64,000 bases of DNA, taken from positions 864,001-928,000 of the forward strand of contig CAWFQK010000002.1 in assembly GCA_963817955.1 (NCBI GenBank). The letters run 5' to 3'. The DNA is from an uncultured Gemmatimonadaceae bacterium (GTDB taxonomy: Bacteria > Gemmatimonadota > Gemmatimonadetes > Gemmatimonadales > Gemmatimonadaceae). A program made the position numbers and the translations under genes. This document shows positions 48,682 to 58,774 of the stretch, piece after piece. The notes under the pieces were generated by a model. The model saw only the letters and a list, made by a program, of their open reading frames with translations, did no database searches and was not told the origin of the DNA. Numbering within the stretch: the stretch's first letter is position 1; each line of letters begins with the position of its first letter.

Positions 48682-48707
48682 GATCTCTTGTCAATTGGTG
48701 TATGAAT
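48682..48707 (+). mobile_element. IS256 right-end IR relic
   Basis: GATCTCTTGTCAATTGGTGT matches 37243-37262 with one mismatch. Confidence 0.7.
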
Positions 48708-48709
48708 CT

Positions 48710-48856
48710 TCCGGCTTTATAGTGGATGGGAAAGATTAAAGCGGCTCTCATAATTGGGGATCGAGGTCCAGCCCACCGCAGTGGAAGTAGATCGCCAGGA
48801 TGGTCGCACATAGCGTCCGGCTATCCATCGCTGGTCCTCTAATGAGAATACCCTAC
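48710..48856 (+). repeat. Junction repeat X, copy D (full length)
   Basis: Aligns along its length with ~23452-23597. Confidence 0.9.
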
Positions 48857-48964
48857 GTTGTTGGAGGAGCATCAGGCGAGGTGAAGCGCGGACCTATAGG
48901 ACAGCAACTCCTCGCCTATCGGCTGACGGCGATAGTTCCCACGCGTCGCACCCAGTCTCTAACG

Positions 48965-49215
48965 CGCTCAGCTCGGCGCGGGTCGAGAGCGAATCGGCGC
49001 ACTCGGCCGCGGCGATCGGCCGCTCGCTGGCGAGATGCTCGAAGAAGCCCACCATCAGCATCTTGCACGAGACCTTCCGGATCGATCCAGCCGCCCTGCC
49101 GTGCCGTCATGTCTAATCAAGGGGGCGCAGGGCTGGCGAGCATGCCCTCGAGCTTCTGATAGCGCGAGGTGGCGGGAGGCGTCTGGATGTCGCTGGTCGC
49201 GATCCAGAGCGAGGG
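48965..49215 (-). pseudogene. IS1182/IS5-type transposase N-terminal relic (DUF772-like)
   Basis: LWIATSDIQTPPATSRYQKLE, then IDP and KMLMVGFFEHLASERPIA..CADSLS across frameshifts. Confidence 0.65.
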
Positions 49216-49253
49216 TGCAGTGTGCTACCGACCTCGCGATCAGATGCGATCCG

Positions 49254-50294
49254 TTACGGCATCGGGAATGTCATCGGGCATTTCACCGTGACGAACGACT
49301 TCAGCCACACGAGCGTTGGCCGGTAGGCGAGACCGAGCGCATCATACGACGCGGTGATACGGACGCTGATCATCTGCTCCGTCTGAGTAAGCGCCGGCGA
49401 GAACTGCAACAGTACCGCGCGCGGGCCGTTATCGTGCGGCACGACGCCGAGCGTGAGTTTAGCCTTCGTCGTGTCATCAACGGACCACGAGGTCGGATAC
49501 AAGGCCAATGTATCCCCTGTCACGGGATCGAGCGCGATCGGCTTGAGAGTCGGTTCGCCAGTCAAGAACGTCGAATCCATTGTAAGACATTCGAGGGGCG
49601 TCCGAGCCTTGAGCATTGCGTGGCTGCCAACCGTGAACTGCACTGTATCAGCGACCGGTCCGAGCGACAGGATCGTAAACACGGACCGCGAGGGCACGCC
49701 AACTTGGTAGTACCCGTTCACCACGGTCGTTGTTGACGCACCGCCAGTCGCCGGCGGCGAATAGCGGCCCGCTGGCGTGATGGTTCCAACCGTGTCACTC
49801 GACAAACGCCACGTGGCGCGCGGATGCGACAGCGGCAACACGACGGTCGGATCGCCGTAATACAGCGCTTGAGAGCGTGCTGCGTTTGACAGCAATGGGG
49901 CAACCGTGATTGACGTCTGCGCAGACACCGAAGCGTCTGCTCCCGTCCCGGGAACCGGCTGTACCGTGACGGTCGTGTGTCCGGGCGCGATGGCGACGAT
50001 CGTATTCGTTGGGGTCGTGGAGTTGGGATGGTCGATCCTCAGACTCCCCGCGTTGTCAGCCGTCCACAGGAGCTGCGGATTCGCGATGATCTGTTCCTTC
50101 GTGTCGTACGCGGTGACGGTGAGCTGCGTATCGACGCCAGCGATCAGCGACGCCGAGCTCCCGATCACGATGCGAGCAACGAGCGTTGGGCCGGGCTTCG
50201 TGCCGGTCGTATCCGGCGGATTGACCGGGTTCGTGGGGTGACTGCCGCCGCAGGCCGCAGCCGCGCAGAGAGCGGCGATGACTGAAACGCGCAT
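49254..50294 (-). CDS. Ig-like domain lipoprotein
   Basis: Lipobox AAAC; QLTVTAYD, WRLSSDTVGTITPAG, WSVDDTTKAKL Big_2-like strands. Confidence 0.7.
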   Translation of the reverse strand: MRVSVIAALCAAAACGGSHPTNPVNPPDTTGTKPGPTLVARIVIGSSASLIAGVDTQLTVTAYDTKEQIIANPQLLWTADNAGSLRIDHPNSTTPTNTIVAIAPGHTTVTVQPVPGTGADASVSAQTSITVAPLLSNAARSQALYYGDPTVVLPLSHPRATWRLSSDTVGTITPAGRYSPPATGGASTTTVVNGYYQVGVPSRSVFTILSLGPVADTVQFTVGSHAMLKARTPLECLTMDSTFLTGEPTLKPIALDPVTGDTLALYPTSWSVDDTTKAKLTLGVVPHDNGPRAVLLQFSPALTQTEQMISVRITASYDALGLAYRPTLVWLKSFVTVKCPMTFPMP

Positions 50295-50690
50295 CGATCT
50301 GGTCCAGTAAGGATGAACGGTGAAAGGGAGGCTGCACCGAGCGGATGCACCTGCGGGACCGCGGAACGCAGGTACTGGGCTGAGGTGCCGTGACCCGAGC
50401 TGCGCCGCTCCAACATCGGAGTATCGGGCCGCTGCATCGGGCCTTCGGGCTCACCGTCGAAGGACGAAGAGTGCTGAAATCAGGAACCACCGGGAGGGCG
50501 GAGTGCCGCCGCCTCGCGTCACGGGCACTTCCCGGATGAGTTCCCCACAATAATACCCTGATGTGTTTGCGGGACTCGAGATGCTTCTCCGCGTGACCGA
50601 ATTGCCGGATCAGCCCCTGGATCTACCTCGAGCAATATTGCGAGGAGCAACGCTCAGAGGAGTTGAAGCGCGGAGCTATGGGACAGCTCC

Positions 50691-52166
50691 CTATGATGCC
50701 TGTCCCGTCGACAATCGCAAGTCTTCCGAAATCGCGGCGAACTGCTCCAACGCAGCCTCCAGATCAGCGGCGATATCAGCCGCAATGACCTCGGGTGCCG
50801 GCAGGTTGGAAGATTCCTCCAGCGCTTCGTCCTTCAACCAGAAGATGTCCAGGTTGAGCTTGTCGCGCTTTACGAGTTCCTCGTACGTGAAACACTTGAA
50901 CCGCTCGCTCTCCTTCCGGTTGTTTCTGTTCTTCCGATTGTAGCACGCCACGAAATCATCGAGGTCGCTCGGTTGGAGCGTGTTCTCCTTGAGCGTGAAG
51001 TGCATGTTGGTGCGCAGGTCGTAGATCCAGAGCTTCTGCGTCCACGGCTTTTCCTGCGCGGGCTTGCGATCGAAGAAGAGCACGTTCGCCTTCACACCCT
51101 GGGCGTAGAAGATCCCGGTGGGGAGACGCAGCAAGGTGTGCACGTCCGCCTGCTTGAGCAGTTCACGGCGAATGGTTTCGCCGGCGCCACCTTCGAACAG
51201 CACGTTGTCCGGCAGCACGACGGCCGCGCGACCGTGCTGCTTGAGGATGGTGAAGATGTGCTGAAGAAAGTTGAGCTGCTTGTTGCTCGTCGTCGCCCAG
51301 AAGTCGTCGCGGTTGATGGTGAGCGACTCCTTCGACGTTTCGCCAGCCTGGTTGACGATGGTGACGCTGCTCTTCTTGCCGAACGGCGGATTGGCCAGCA
51401 CGATGTCGTACTCGCCGTGCTTGCCGGCCAGCGCGTCCTTCGTGACGACGGGAAGGTCTTCCTCGGAATCGCCGCCGATGCCGTGGAGCAGCAGATTCAT
51501 CGCGCAGAGGCGCGTGACGCTGTCCACCAGTTCGATGCCGAAGAAGGTGCCGCTCTTGAGCTTCTTCTTCTGCGCGCGATCGAGCTCGCCGTGCTTGACG
51601 AGATAGTCATGCGCGGCGAGGAGAAAGCCGCCGGTGCCGCACGCCGGATCGCAGATGGTCTGGCCCGGCTGGGGTCCGACGACTTCGACCATCGCCGCGA
51701 TGAGCGCCCGCGGCGTGAAGTACTGTCCCGCGCCGCCCTTCACATCCTCGGCGTTCTTCTGCAGCAGGCCTTCGTAGGCGTCGCCCTTCACGTCGACGCC
51801 GAGGCTGGTCCATTGCTCCTTGTCGATGAGGTCGACGATGAGGCGGCGGAGCTTGGCCGGGTCCTGGATCTTGTTCTGAGCCTTCCGGAAGATGAGGCCC
51901 AGCAGGCCGGACTTCTTGCCGAGTTCTTCGAGAGTGCGGCGGTAGTGCGCTTCGAGTTCGTCGCCTTCGACTTTCAGCAACGCGCTCCAGTCGAATCCCT
52001 TCGGAATGCGTGACGGTTTGTTGAAGGGCGGTTTCGATTGCTCGTCCGCCATTTTCAGGAACAGCAGGAACGTCAACTGCTCGACGTAGTCGCCGTAGGA
52101 CAGGCCGTCGTCGCGGAGGATGTTGCAGTAGTTCCAGAGTTTCTGAACGAGTTGGTGCGGACTCAT
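50691..52166 (-). CDS. hsdM: Type I R-M methyltransferase subunit (intact)
   Basis: GQYFTPR, DPACGTGGF (motif I), ANPPF (motif IV). Confidence 0.95.
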   Translation of the reverse strand: MSPHQLVQKLWNYCNILRDDGLSYGDYVEQLTFLLFLKMADEQSKPPFNKPSRIPKGFDWSALLKVEGDELEAHYRRTLEELGKKSGLLGLIFRKAQNKIQDPAKLRRLIVDLIDKEQWTSLGVDVKGDAYEGLLQKNAEDVKGGAGQYFTPRALIAAMVEVVGPQPGQTICDPACGTGGFLLAAHDYLVKHGELDRAQKKKLKSGTFFGIELVDSVTRLCAMNLLLHGIGGDSEEDLPVVTKDALAGKHGEYDIVLANPPFGKKSSVTIVNQAGETSKESLTINRDDFWATTSNKQLNFLQHIFTILKQHGRAAVVLPDNVLFEGGAGETIRRELLKQADVHTLLRLPTGIFYAQGVKANVLFFDRKPAQEKPWTQKLWIYDLRTNMHFTLKENTLQPSDLDDFVACYNRKNRNNRKESERFKCFTYEELVKRDKLNLDIFWLKDEALEESSNLPAPEVIAADIAADLEAALEQFAAISEDLRLSTGQAS

Positions 52167-52230
52167 GACTTCTTCTTCGGGCTGGGCGTGGGCAATTCGC
52201 CAGGCGCTGGCGAGGTCGGAACCGAGGCGC

Positions 52231-53712
52231 TCATACGAGCGTTCCGGCGAACGCCTTCTGGAGGATGGATTGGCGAAGGCGGGTGGCGCGTTGGAGGTTG
52301 GAGGCGAGCACCCCTTCCAACTCATCAACGACGCTCAGTCGGCGTTCGACTTCCGCAACGATTCGCACCTGCTCAGCGAGAGGCGGCAAGGGAACGGCCA
52401 GAGCAGCCACAGATTTTGTGTTGAAATGAGTGAGCGCTACTCCGACTTTACCTGCTGCGACATGTCGCTTAGCGAGCGAGTTCATGTAGTAAGCGCCGTA
52501 CTGGGGCACGAACCCGAGTGGCCGTTGAATCAGCACAAGATCCGAGCAGTTCGCGTCAGGCAGCGAATCGGGAATTACGCAGGTCACCCCGACCGCACCA
52601 GAGCGAACGACAGCCAAGTCACCGGGCCGAAGTGCAGACTTGGAGAGTTGTTGGTGGAAGCTCCGGCCCACGTAAAGCATACCGTCCGGGTCGAATCGAT
52701 TCTCTCGCACATTCTGGCCGCGCAGGAATGGCACGCCGCTCTCGACGTATTCGTGTTTCATCGACCCGACAAAACCGACTGTCACCCGTTCCGCAAGCTG
52801 TTCAAACGTCGCCCAGGCCCAGCCTTCTGGCAGAGTGCCGAGCTTCGTTGAATCGGCGGCGACCGGCTCTTTGTACGCACCGCGACCTTGCCAGTTCCTA
52901 CGACGTTCGGCAATGACTCGCGCAAGCAGTGCTGTACCGGTTTCAAGTGTCGCCGTTCGCTCTCCGGACTTGACGAGGGTGGCCTCCCTGCAAACGAGGC
53001 GCCCTTCGCAGGCGGCCTTCAGGACGGCCGCGCGATAGCGCTTGAGGTTGGCCTGCGCTCGCCGCAAGGCAGCCACACCCGCATCCAGTCGAGTGAATTG
53101 TTTCTCAATCTCCGCCACTATCCGCCGCTGTTCTGCGATCGGCAGCATTGGAACAGGCAGTTGAACGAATGCCTCGCGGGTGAAATGCTTGATCGTACTC
53201 CCGGTGAAACGGCGCTCCAAGTTGCCATTTTTCGCAAGGAAATCCAGCAGATACACGAGAAGGCGCGGTTCGTATGGAACCTTGAATCGCACGCGATGAA
53301 GAGCCTTCTGAAACTTCACATCGGGAAGGTGCCCATTCCACACCGAAGCGCGTCCCGGTTCGCCACCCTCGCAGACCAGCACGTCGTTTGACCTGAGACC
53401 GAAACGCTCGACTTGCTCGTCCTCGAAGTGCATTTCGAGCAGATCGTCGGTTTCGATGGTACCCCATCGCACGTTGACGTTTCGGAGGTATGGCAGTCGC
53501 CTGCCCGTCTGATGCTTCGCCTTATCAAGCATCTTGCCGAGTTTGACGTCGGCAATCTCGCCGAGTGGAACAACAGGCCCGCCACTTTGGCTCGCTCGAT
53601 CAGTGCCCAACGCAATCGAGGTTGTCTGATGCGGCGGGGCGTCGCTACGTCCCTGACCCAGACTTGGCGTCTTGCGCGCTGCCGCGGCTACCGTCTCGCG
53701 CTTCACGCTCAC
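52231..53712 (-). CDS. hsdS: Type I R-M specificity subunit (two TRDs)
   Basis: Two conserved regions PIAEQRRIVAEIE and PPLAEQVRIVAEVE..LRQSILQKAFAG. Confidence 0.92.
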   Translation of the reverse strand: MSVKRETVAAAARKTPSLGQGRSDAPPHQTTSIALGTDRASQSGGPVVPLGEIADVKLGKMLDKAKHQTGRRLPYLRNVNVRWGTIETDDLLEMHFEDEQVERFGLRSNDVLVCEGGEPGRASVWNGHLPDVKFQKALHRVRFKVPYEPRLLVYLLDFLAKNGNLERRFTGSTIKHFTREAFVQLPVPMLPIAEQRRIVAEIEKQFTRLDAGVAALRRAQANLKRYRAAVLKAACEGRLVCREATLVKSGERTATLETGTALLARVIAERRRNWQGRGAYKEPVAADSTKLGTLPEGWAWATFEQLAERVTVGFVGSMKHEYVESGVPFLRGQNVRENRFDPDGMLYVGRSFHQQLSKSALRPGDLAVVRSGAVGVTCVIPDSLPDANCSDLVLIQRPLGFVPQYGAYYMNSLAKRHVAAGKVGVALTHFNTKSVAALAVPLPPLAEQVRIVAEVERRLSVVDELEGVLASNLQRATRLRQSILQKAFAGTLV

Positions 53713-54023
53713 CTTGGCTTGAAGACAAAGAACTCAGTCGAGCCGTAGCCGATGCCGTTTGTGAGTCCTTCGACGACTGCGGCTTTTCCATTCTCCATAC
53801 AGGGCGTGACCTTGGCGAACAGTACGTCGCCGTCACGGAACGATGTGTAGGCCTTTCGCAGCTCTGAAACTCTACGATCGCCGAGCGGTTCGAAGCGGCC
53901 AGTGCGCGCCTCGACACATTTCATCGGAATGAACGAGGCTAGTGACTCACCATCAGGCTCAATTCCCCCAAGCCGCTGGTTGATCTCGACGACGGAGCCA
54001 AGTGGAACGGTGGCCATGGTCAT
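53709..54023 (-). pseudogene. Stand-alone partial HsdS TRD (104 aa)
   Basis: SFIPM..YTSFRDGDVLFAKVTPCMENGK..GYGSTEFFV; stop overlaps hsdS start (GTGA). Confidence 0.8.
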
Positions 54024-54045
54024 CGCGTGTCGCTCAGACAGGCGA

Positions 54046-55347
54046 TCATCTCCGCGCCTCCAGCTTCCTGCGCGTTTCTTCCAGTTCGCCGGCGAGGATC
54101 CTCTCATCCGGCAGGGCGGTCAGGTATTCACGAACGAGCAGCTTGTTAAACAGGGCGTCGGTGGCGTAGTGGACGAGAGCCGCGCTTTTCGCGGAGCAGA
54201 GAATGATCCCGACCGGCGGGTTTTCGCCGGGCTGTACCCAGTGTTCACGGGCATAGTTCAGATAGAGATGCATCTGACCGGAATCGGCGTGAGTGAACCG
54301 GCCAAGCTTCAGGTCGACGATCACGAGACAGCGGAGGCGGCGATGGAAGAAGAGCAGGTCCACGCGATACCACTCGTCGTCAACGCGCAGGCGACGCTGA
54401 CGACCGACGAAGGCGAAGTCGTTGCCCAGCTCCAGCAGGAACGTCTCGAGGTGCCGGATGAGCGCGTCCTCGAGGTCGGATTCGGAGTATTCATCCCGCA
54501 AGCCGAGGAATTCGAGGACGAGCGGGTGCCGGATTTCCTCATCGGCGCTGACGGCGTCGCTGGGATGGGGCTTCGCACCCTCGGTGAGCATGGCGACCTT
54601 GTTGCGCGAAAGGCCAGTGCGTTCGTAGAACTGGCTGTCCATCTGACGCTGGAGCTGACGCACGGACCAACCTCCGCGCAGGGCCTCGGTGTGATAAAAG
54701 GCAAAGGCTTCCGGGGAGCGGGAGCGACGAATCAACAGGACATAGTGTGACCATGGCAGTGGGAACACTCGGGCAACGTCGACCAGGGCGAAAGGCAAGG
54801 CGGGTGTTTCGGCAGACGATGTCCGCGAAATCCGAGACAGTGTCTCGGATTTTGGAGCTGCTTCCGACGCAACCTGAGACACCAGTCCCAATTTCCGAGA
54901 CAGTGTCTCGGAAATCATGCTCGTACTACAAACGCCATAGAAGAGACGCATGTTCTCGAGGTTATCGACAGAAAAGCCTCGTCCGTAGCGTACGGTCAGG
55001 TCCGCGGCCAGGCGCTTCAACAACTCCTTGCCGTATGCCGCTCGCTCCTCGCCGCGCTGTTGGAACTCCACAGTCCGTCGCCCAATCTCCCAATACGTCG
55101 CCGTCATGAACGCGTTGACGGTGCGGGCGCTTGCACGCCGCGCCGCTTCCAGCAGATCACTGACGCCTCTCAGCAGGCCAAAGTAGCCGTCAGCGGTGAC
55201 GAGTGAAGTGGTCTTCTTCCTGGCAGTGGGTTTCTTCGTGACTACGACTCTCTTCTTCGCAGTCGGCTTCTTCCTAACCGTCGATGTCCTCTTCGCGGCG
55301 GGCCTCTTCCTCGCAACGGGTTTCTTCTTTGCGATGCGCTTCTTCAT
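54046..55347 (-). CDS. YhcG/DUF1016 PD-(D/E)XK nuclease family protein with Lys-rich N-tail
   Basis: YWEIGR, LPWSHY, GWSVRQL, FLLELGNDFAFVGRQ, GQMHLYL. Confidence 0.92.
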   Translation of the reverse strand: MKKRIAKKKPVARKRPAAKRTSTVRKKPTAKKRVVVTKKPTARKKTTSLVTADGYFGLLRGVSDLLEAARRASARTVNAFMTATYWEIGRRTVEFQQRGEERAAYGKELLKRLAADLTVRYGRGFSVDNLENMRLFYGVCSTSMISETLSRKLGLVSQVASEAAPKSETLSRISRTSSAETPALPFALVDVARVFPLPWSHYVLLIRRSRSPEAFAFYHTEALRGGWSVRQLQRQMDSQFYERTGLSRNKVAMLTEGAKPHPSDAVSADEEIRHPLVLEFLGLRDEYSESDLEDALIRHLETFLLELGNDFAFVGRQRRLRVDDEWYRVDLLFFHRRLRCLVIVDLKLGRFTHADSGQMHLYLNYAREHWVQPGENPPVGIILCSAKSAALVHYATDALFNKLLVREYLTALPDERILAGELEETRRKLEARR

Positions 55348-58149
55348 GCGACCAGAGCGACGTTGAGCTCCTCGAGGATGCGGCTGAACTCACCGCCGAA
55401 CAACTGGTGCACCTTCCCCAATCCGCCCTGCTGGCTGAACGGCGCATACTCGAAGTCATCCGGCTCGATGCTCAGACTCGTCGCGATGTGATCGCGAATG
55501 AGATTCAGCCACGCCAGCTGCTCCGGCGTGAACACCGCACCAGCATCCGCCTTGTCCACCAGCCATTCACTGAATCGCTGCCCTACCGAATCCGCGAACG
55601 GCGCGAGCACCGGCTGCTGCTCCAGCGCAAACCGTACGAGCGACACGAGGTCCGCAAACCGCCCCGCCCGCGAGCGGCCCTTTACCTTGGCCGGCGTCGT
55701 CACGGCATACGCATCCCACAGCCGGTCCTCGGTCCACGAGGCGTGGTTGTCCCGCAGCTTCTTCTCCAGCTCCTTGAGCATCGCCTCGGTGAGCCGCTGC
55801 GTGAACGGCACACTATAAAGGATCTGAAGCGCGTCGATCTCCGTCTGGTGCGACGCGAGATAGCCCCGAAACTCCTGCACGAGCCCCGCCGCCCTCGCCT
55901 TCGCGTCGGCGTCGAATCCCTGACTCAATACTTCGTCCGGAGTGTAGATGTCGAGCGCCTGCTCGGTCTCCCTCTTCACGATATCGAGCCGCTCACGGAG
56001 CGCCGGCTTGTCGAAGGGCGCGCATGCCTCCTCGATGAGCTGCTTCCGCGTCACCTCGTATTGGTCCGGCGGAATATTCTCCGACACGGCACCGTGCTGA
56101 CCAGTCGCGCGCTCGGCGATGGCATCCGGGTCGTACGCGCGGAGCAATGCACCCGCGAGCGTGGCCGGCGTCTGGCCGCCCGACGCCTCGGCGATCTGTT
56201 GACGCTGCTCAGGCTCGAGCTCACGGTCCAGCCGAGCAAGTCGCGCGGCGAGCGTGGTGAGCGTGTCTTCGTCGCGGCCGCCGGGAAAGAGCACCCGATG
56301 CAGCAACGCCTTGAGCGGCATGCTCGGCTTGCGGTCCAGCGGACGCGAATCGGTCTTGTCGCTCTCGCACACACCCACCGCATCGATGATGACGAAACGC
56401 GTCTTCGTGCGCGCGTCTTCGCCTGACACCGACTGGAGTTCGGTCGGCGACAGCACACGGGTTCCGCGGCCTTTCATCTGCTCGAAGTACACGCGGCTCC
56501 TGACATCGCGCAGGAAGATCAGCGCCTCGAGCGGCTTGATGTCCGTGCCGGTGGCAATCATGTCTACGGTCACCGCAATGCGCAGCGATGGCGACAGCCG
56601 GAACTCGCTGATCAGTTCCCGAGACTTCGCGGGCCTGCCCGTCGTCTCCTGCTTCGACTGATAGGTGATCTTCTTGCAGAAATCATTGCCCTTCCCGAAC
56701 ACCTCGCGGCAGATATGGACGATGTCCTCCGCATGGGAGTCGTCTTTCGCGAAGATGAGCGTCTTGGGGACGAGCGTGCGGCCGGGAAAGAGCTCGGTGA
56801 ACACGACGTCCCGATACGCCTTCAATATGGTGCGGATCTGATCCGGCACCACGACTGACCGGTCCAGGTCCGCCGGTGTGTAGTCGAGATCCTCGTCCAG
56901 CACCGCCTGACGTGCCGCGCGCGACGCCTTGCTCCGATGGTCGACGAGAAAACCCTTCTCCACCTTGCCGCCCTGATCGGTGACGCGCGTCTTGATGCGA
57001 TACACGTCGTAGCCGACGTTGACGCCGTCCACCACGGCACGCTCGTGGTTGTACTCAGCGACGCGGTTCTGGTGGAAGTACGCAATGGTCTGGGGCGCAG
57101 GCGTCGCGGTGAGACCCACGAGAAACGCGTCGAAGTACTCGAGCACCTGCCGCCAGAGATTGTAGATCGAGCGGTGACACTCATCTGTCACGATGAAATC
57201 GAACTTCTCGATCGGTACCGCAGGATTGTACGCCACATCTCGCGTGCGCGTAGTCCCGAGAGCCGCCGCCAGTTCGGCGCCGCTCAGTTCGTCCGCATCT
57301 TCGGGAAGGTCCTCACCGCGCAGGATCGAATAGAGTCGCTGAATGGTACAGATCGTGACCTTGCACACGTCGTCGATATTGGGCGACGTGAGGTGCTGCA
57401 CGTTGTACAGATCCGTGAACAGCCTGTCCGTGTCCGGTGTGCGGAACGCGTGGAACTCGTCGTTGGCCTGCTTGCCGAGGTTCGAACGGTCAACGAGAAA
57501 GAGAATGCGGCGAGCACCGGCGTGCTTGATCAGGCGATACGTGAACGCACATGCGGTGTACGTCTTTCCCGCGCCGGTGGCCATATGAATGAGAGCGCGG
57601 GGCTTGCTCTCGGCAAACGACTTTTCGAGTCCGGTAATGGCTTCGATCTGGCAATCGCGCATGCCATTCGTCAGCAGAGGAAACGCTTCCGGCATGCCCG
57701 ACAACCGTGTGCGCAGCGTGTCGGGTTCGGCAAACCACGACGAGAGCGTCTCCGGCCGGTGAAACGAGAAGACACGACGAGAGCGCGGGTCAGGATCGCG
57801 CGAGTCGCGGAAGAACGTCTCCACGCCGGTCGATTCGTAGACGAAGGGCAGCGGCCCGGTGAGTCCAGGCGCGAGCAGCTCCGGGAGGTTTGTCGCGTAA
57901 CGCTGCGACTGCTCGGCCACGACGGACAACTTCACCCCTGCCTTTTTTGCCTCGATCACGCCAAGGGCGATGCGGTCAACCAGAAGGAGATAGTCGCACG
58001 GCCCCGTCTTTGTGCGGCACTTCTCTGAGAGCGACGCCACGCCCGGCGGCAAAATCGAGCGACCTGTAGTCCTGAATCACCCAACCCGACGCGACGAGTT
58101 GGGCATCGATCTGCTGACGTGCGCGTTTTTCCGGGGTCAGCTCGGACAC
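55344..58149 (-). pseudogene. hsdR: Type I R-M restriction subunit (EcoEI/EcoKI-like) with +1 frameshift near 58010
   Basis: N-terminus VSELTPEKRARQQID..GW..ALREVP is out of frame with KTGPCDYLL..IEAK, MATGAGKT, DECHR, QMKGRGTR. Confidence 0.85.
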
Positions 58150-58431
58150 TGAGGCTGGTCTTGCGTCACGGAGATCACTCGGCGGGGAACCGGCGACTGG
58201 CGGACGGCGGTGATGGACAACGCAGCAAGTGATTCATTATAGCCTGCGGCGCAATGCCGTGGTGACAGCAGTATGGTCCGGAGATACTGCAGGGCATCCA
58301 GGCTCTGGATATTGCACCGCGATGCATCGATCTGCCAGAGAGCCACCTGCGCCTCCTGAATCGAACCCGCCCGCTCGTCCGCTGGAATTCTTTGGCGGCG
58401 TGACCGCGTTATCACGTGCTGATGAATATTC

Positions 58432-58620
58432 CTGCGCGCAGAACTGTGTGTACTGATAGCCATCGGCGTGTTGCCGCTTGTATTCGACCCAAAAGAGTTG
58501 CGGCGTCGCCTTTGCCGGCACCGCCGCGTCGATCTCGGCGGGAAGTGGCCACGGGAGTCCCGTCGCCCGAAAGCGCACGACATAGTCGTACACCGTGATT
58601 TGCGACAACGCATTGGCCTC
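58432..58620 (-). pseudogene. IS21-family IstA N-terminal relic, internally deleted
   Basis: TVYDYVVRFRATGLPWPLP joined to TPQLFWVEYKRQHADGYQYTQFC. Confidence 0.7.
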
Positions 58621-58774
58621 GAGCGCAGAGGGCGGCGGGGTCCGGCGTCTTCTTGCGGAACATGCAGGGGCCAACGTAGCGAGGAGGACGTGGGCCATCG
58701 ACGGTCGCCCCAATTTACAATATGCTCATCCTTCTGTCCGCCGCGTTTTCAACAACCTGCCAAAGGCGCCCTCC

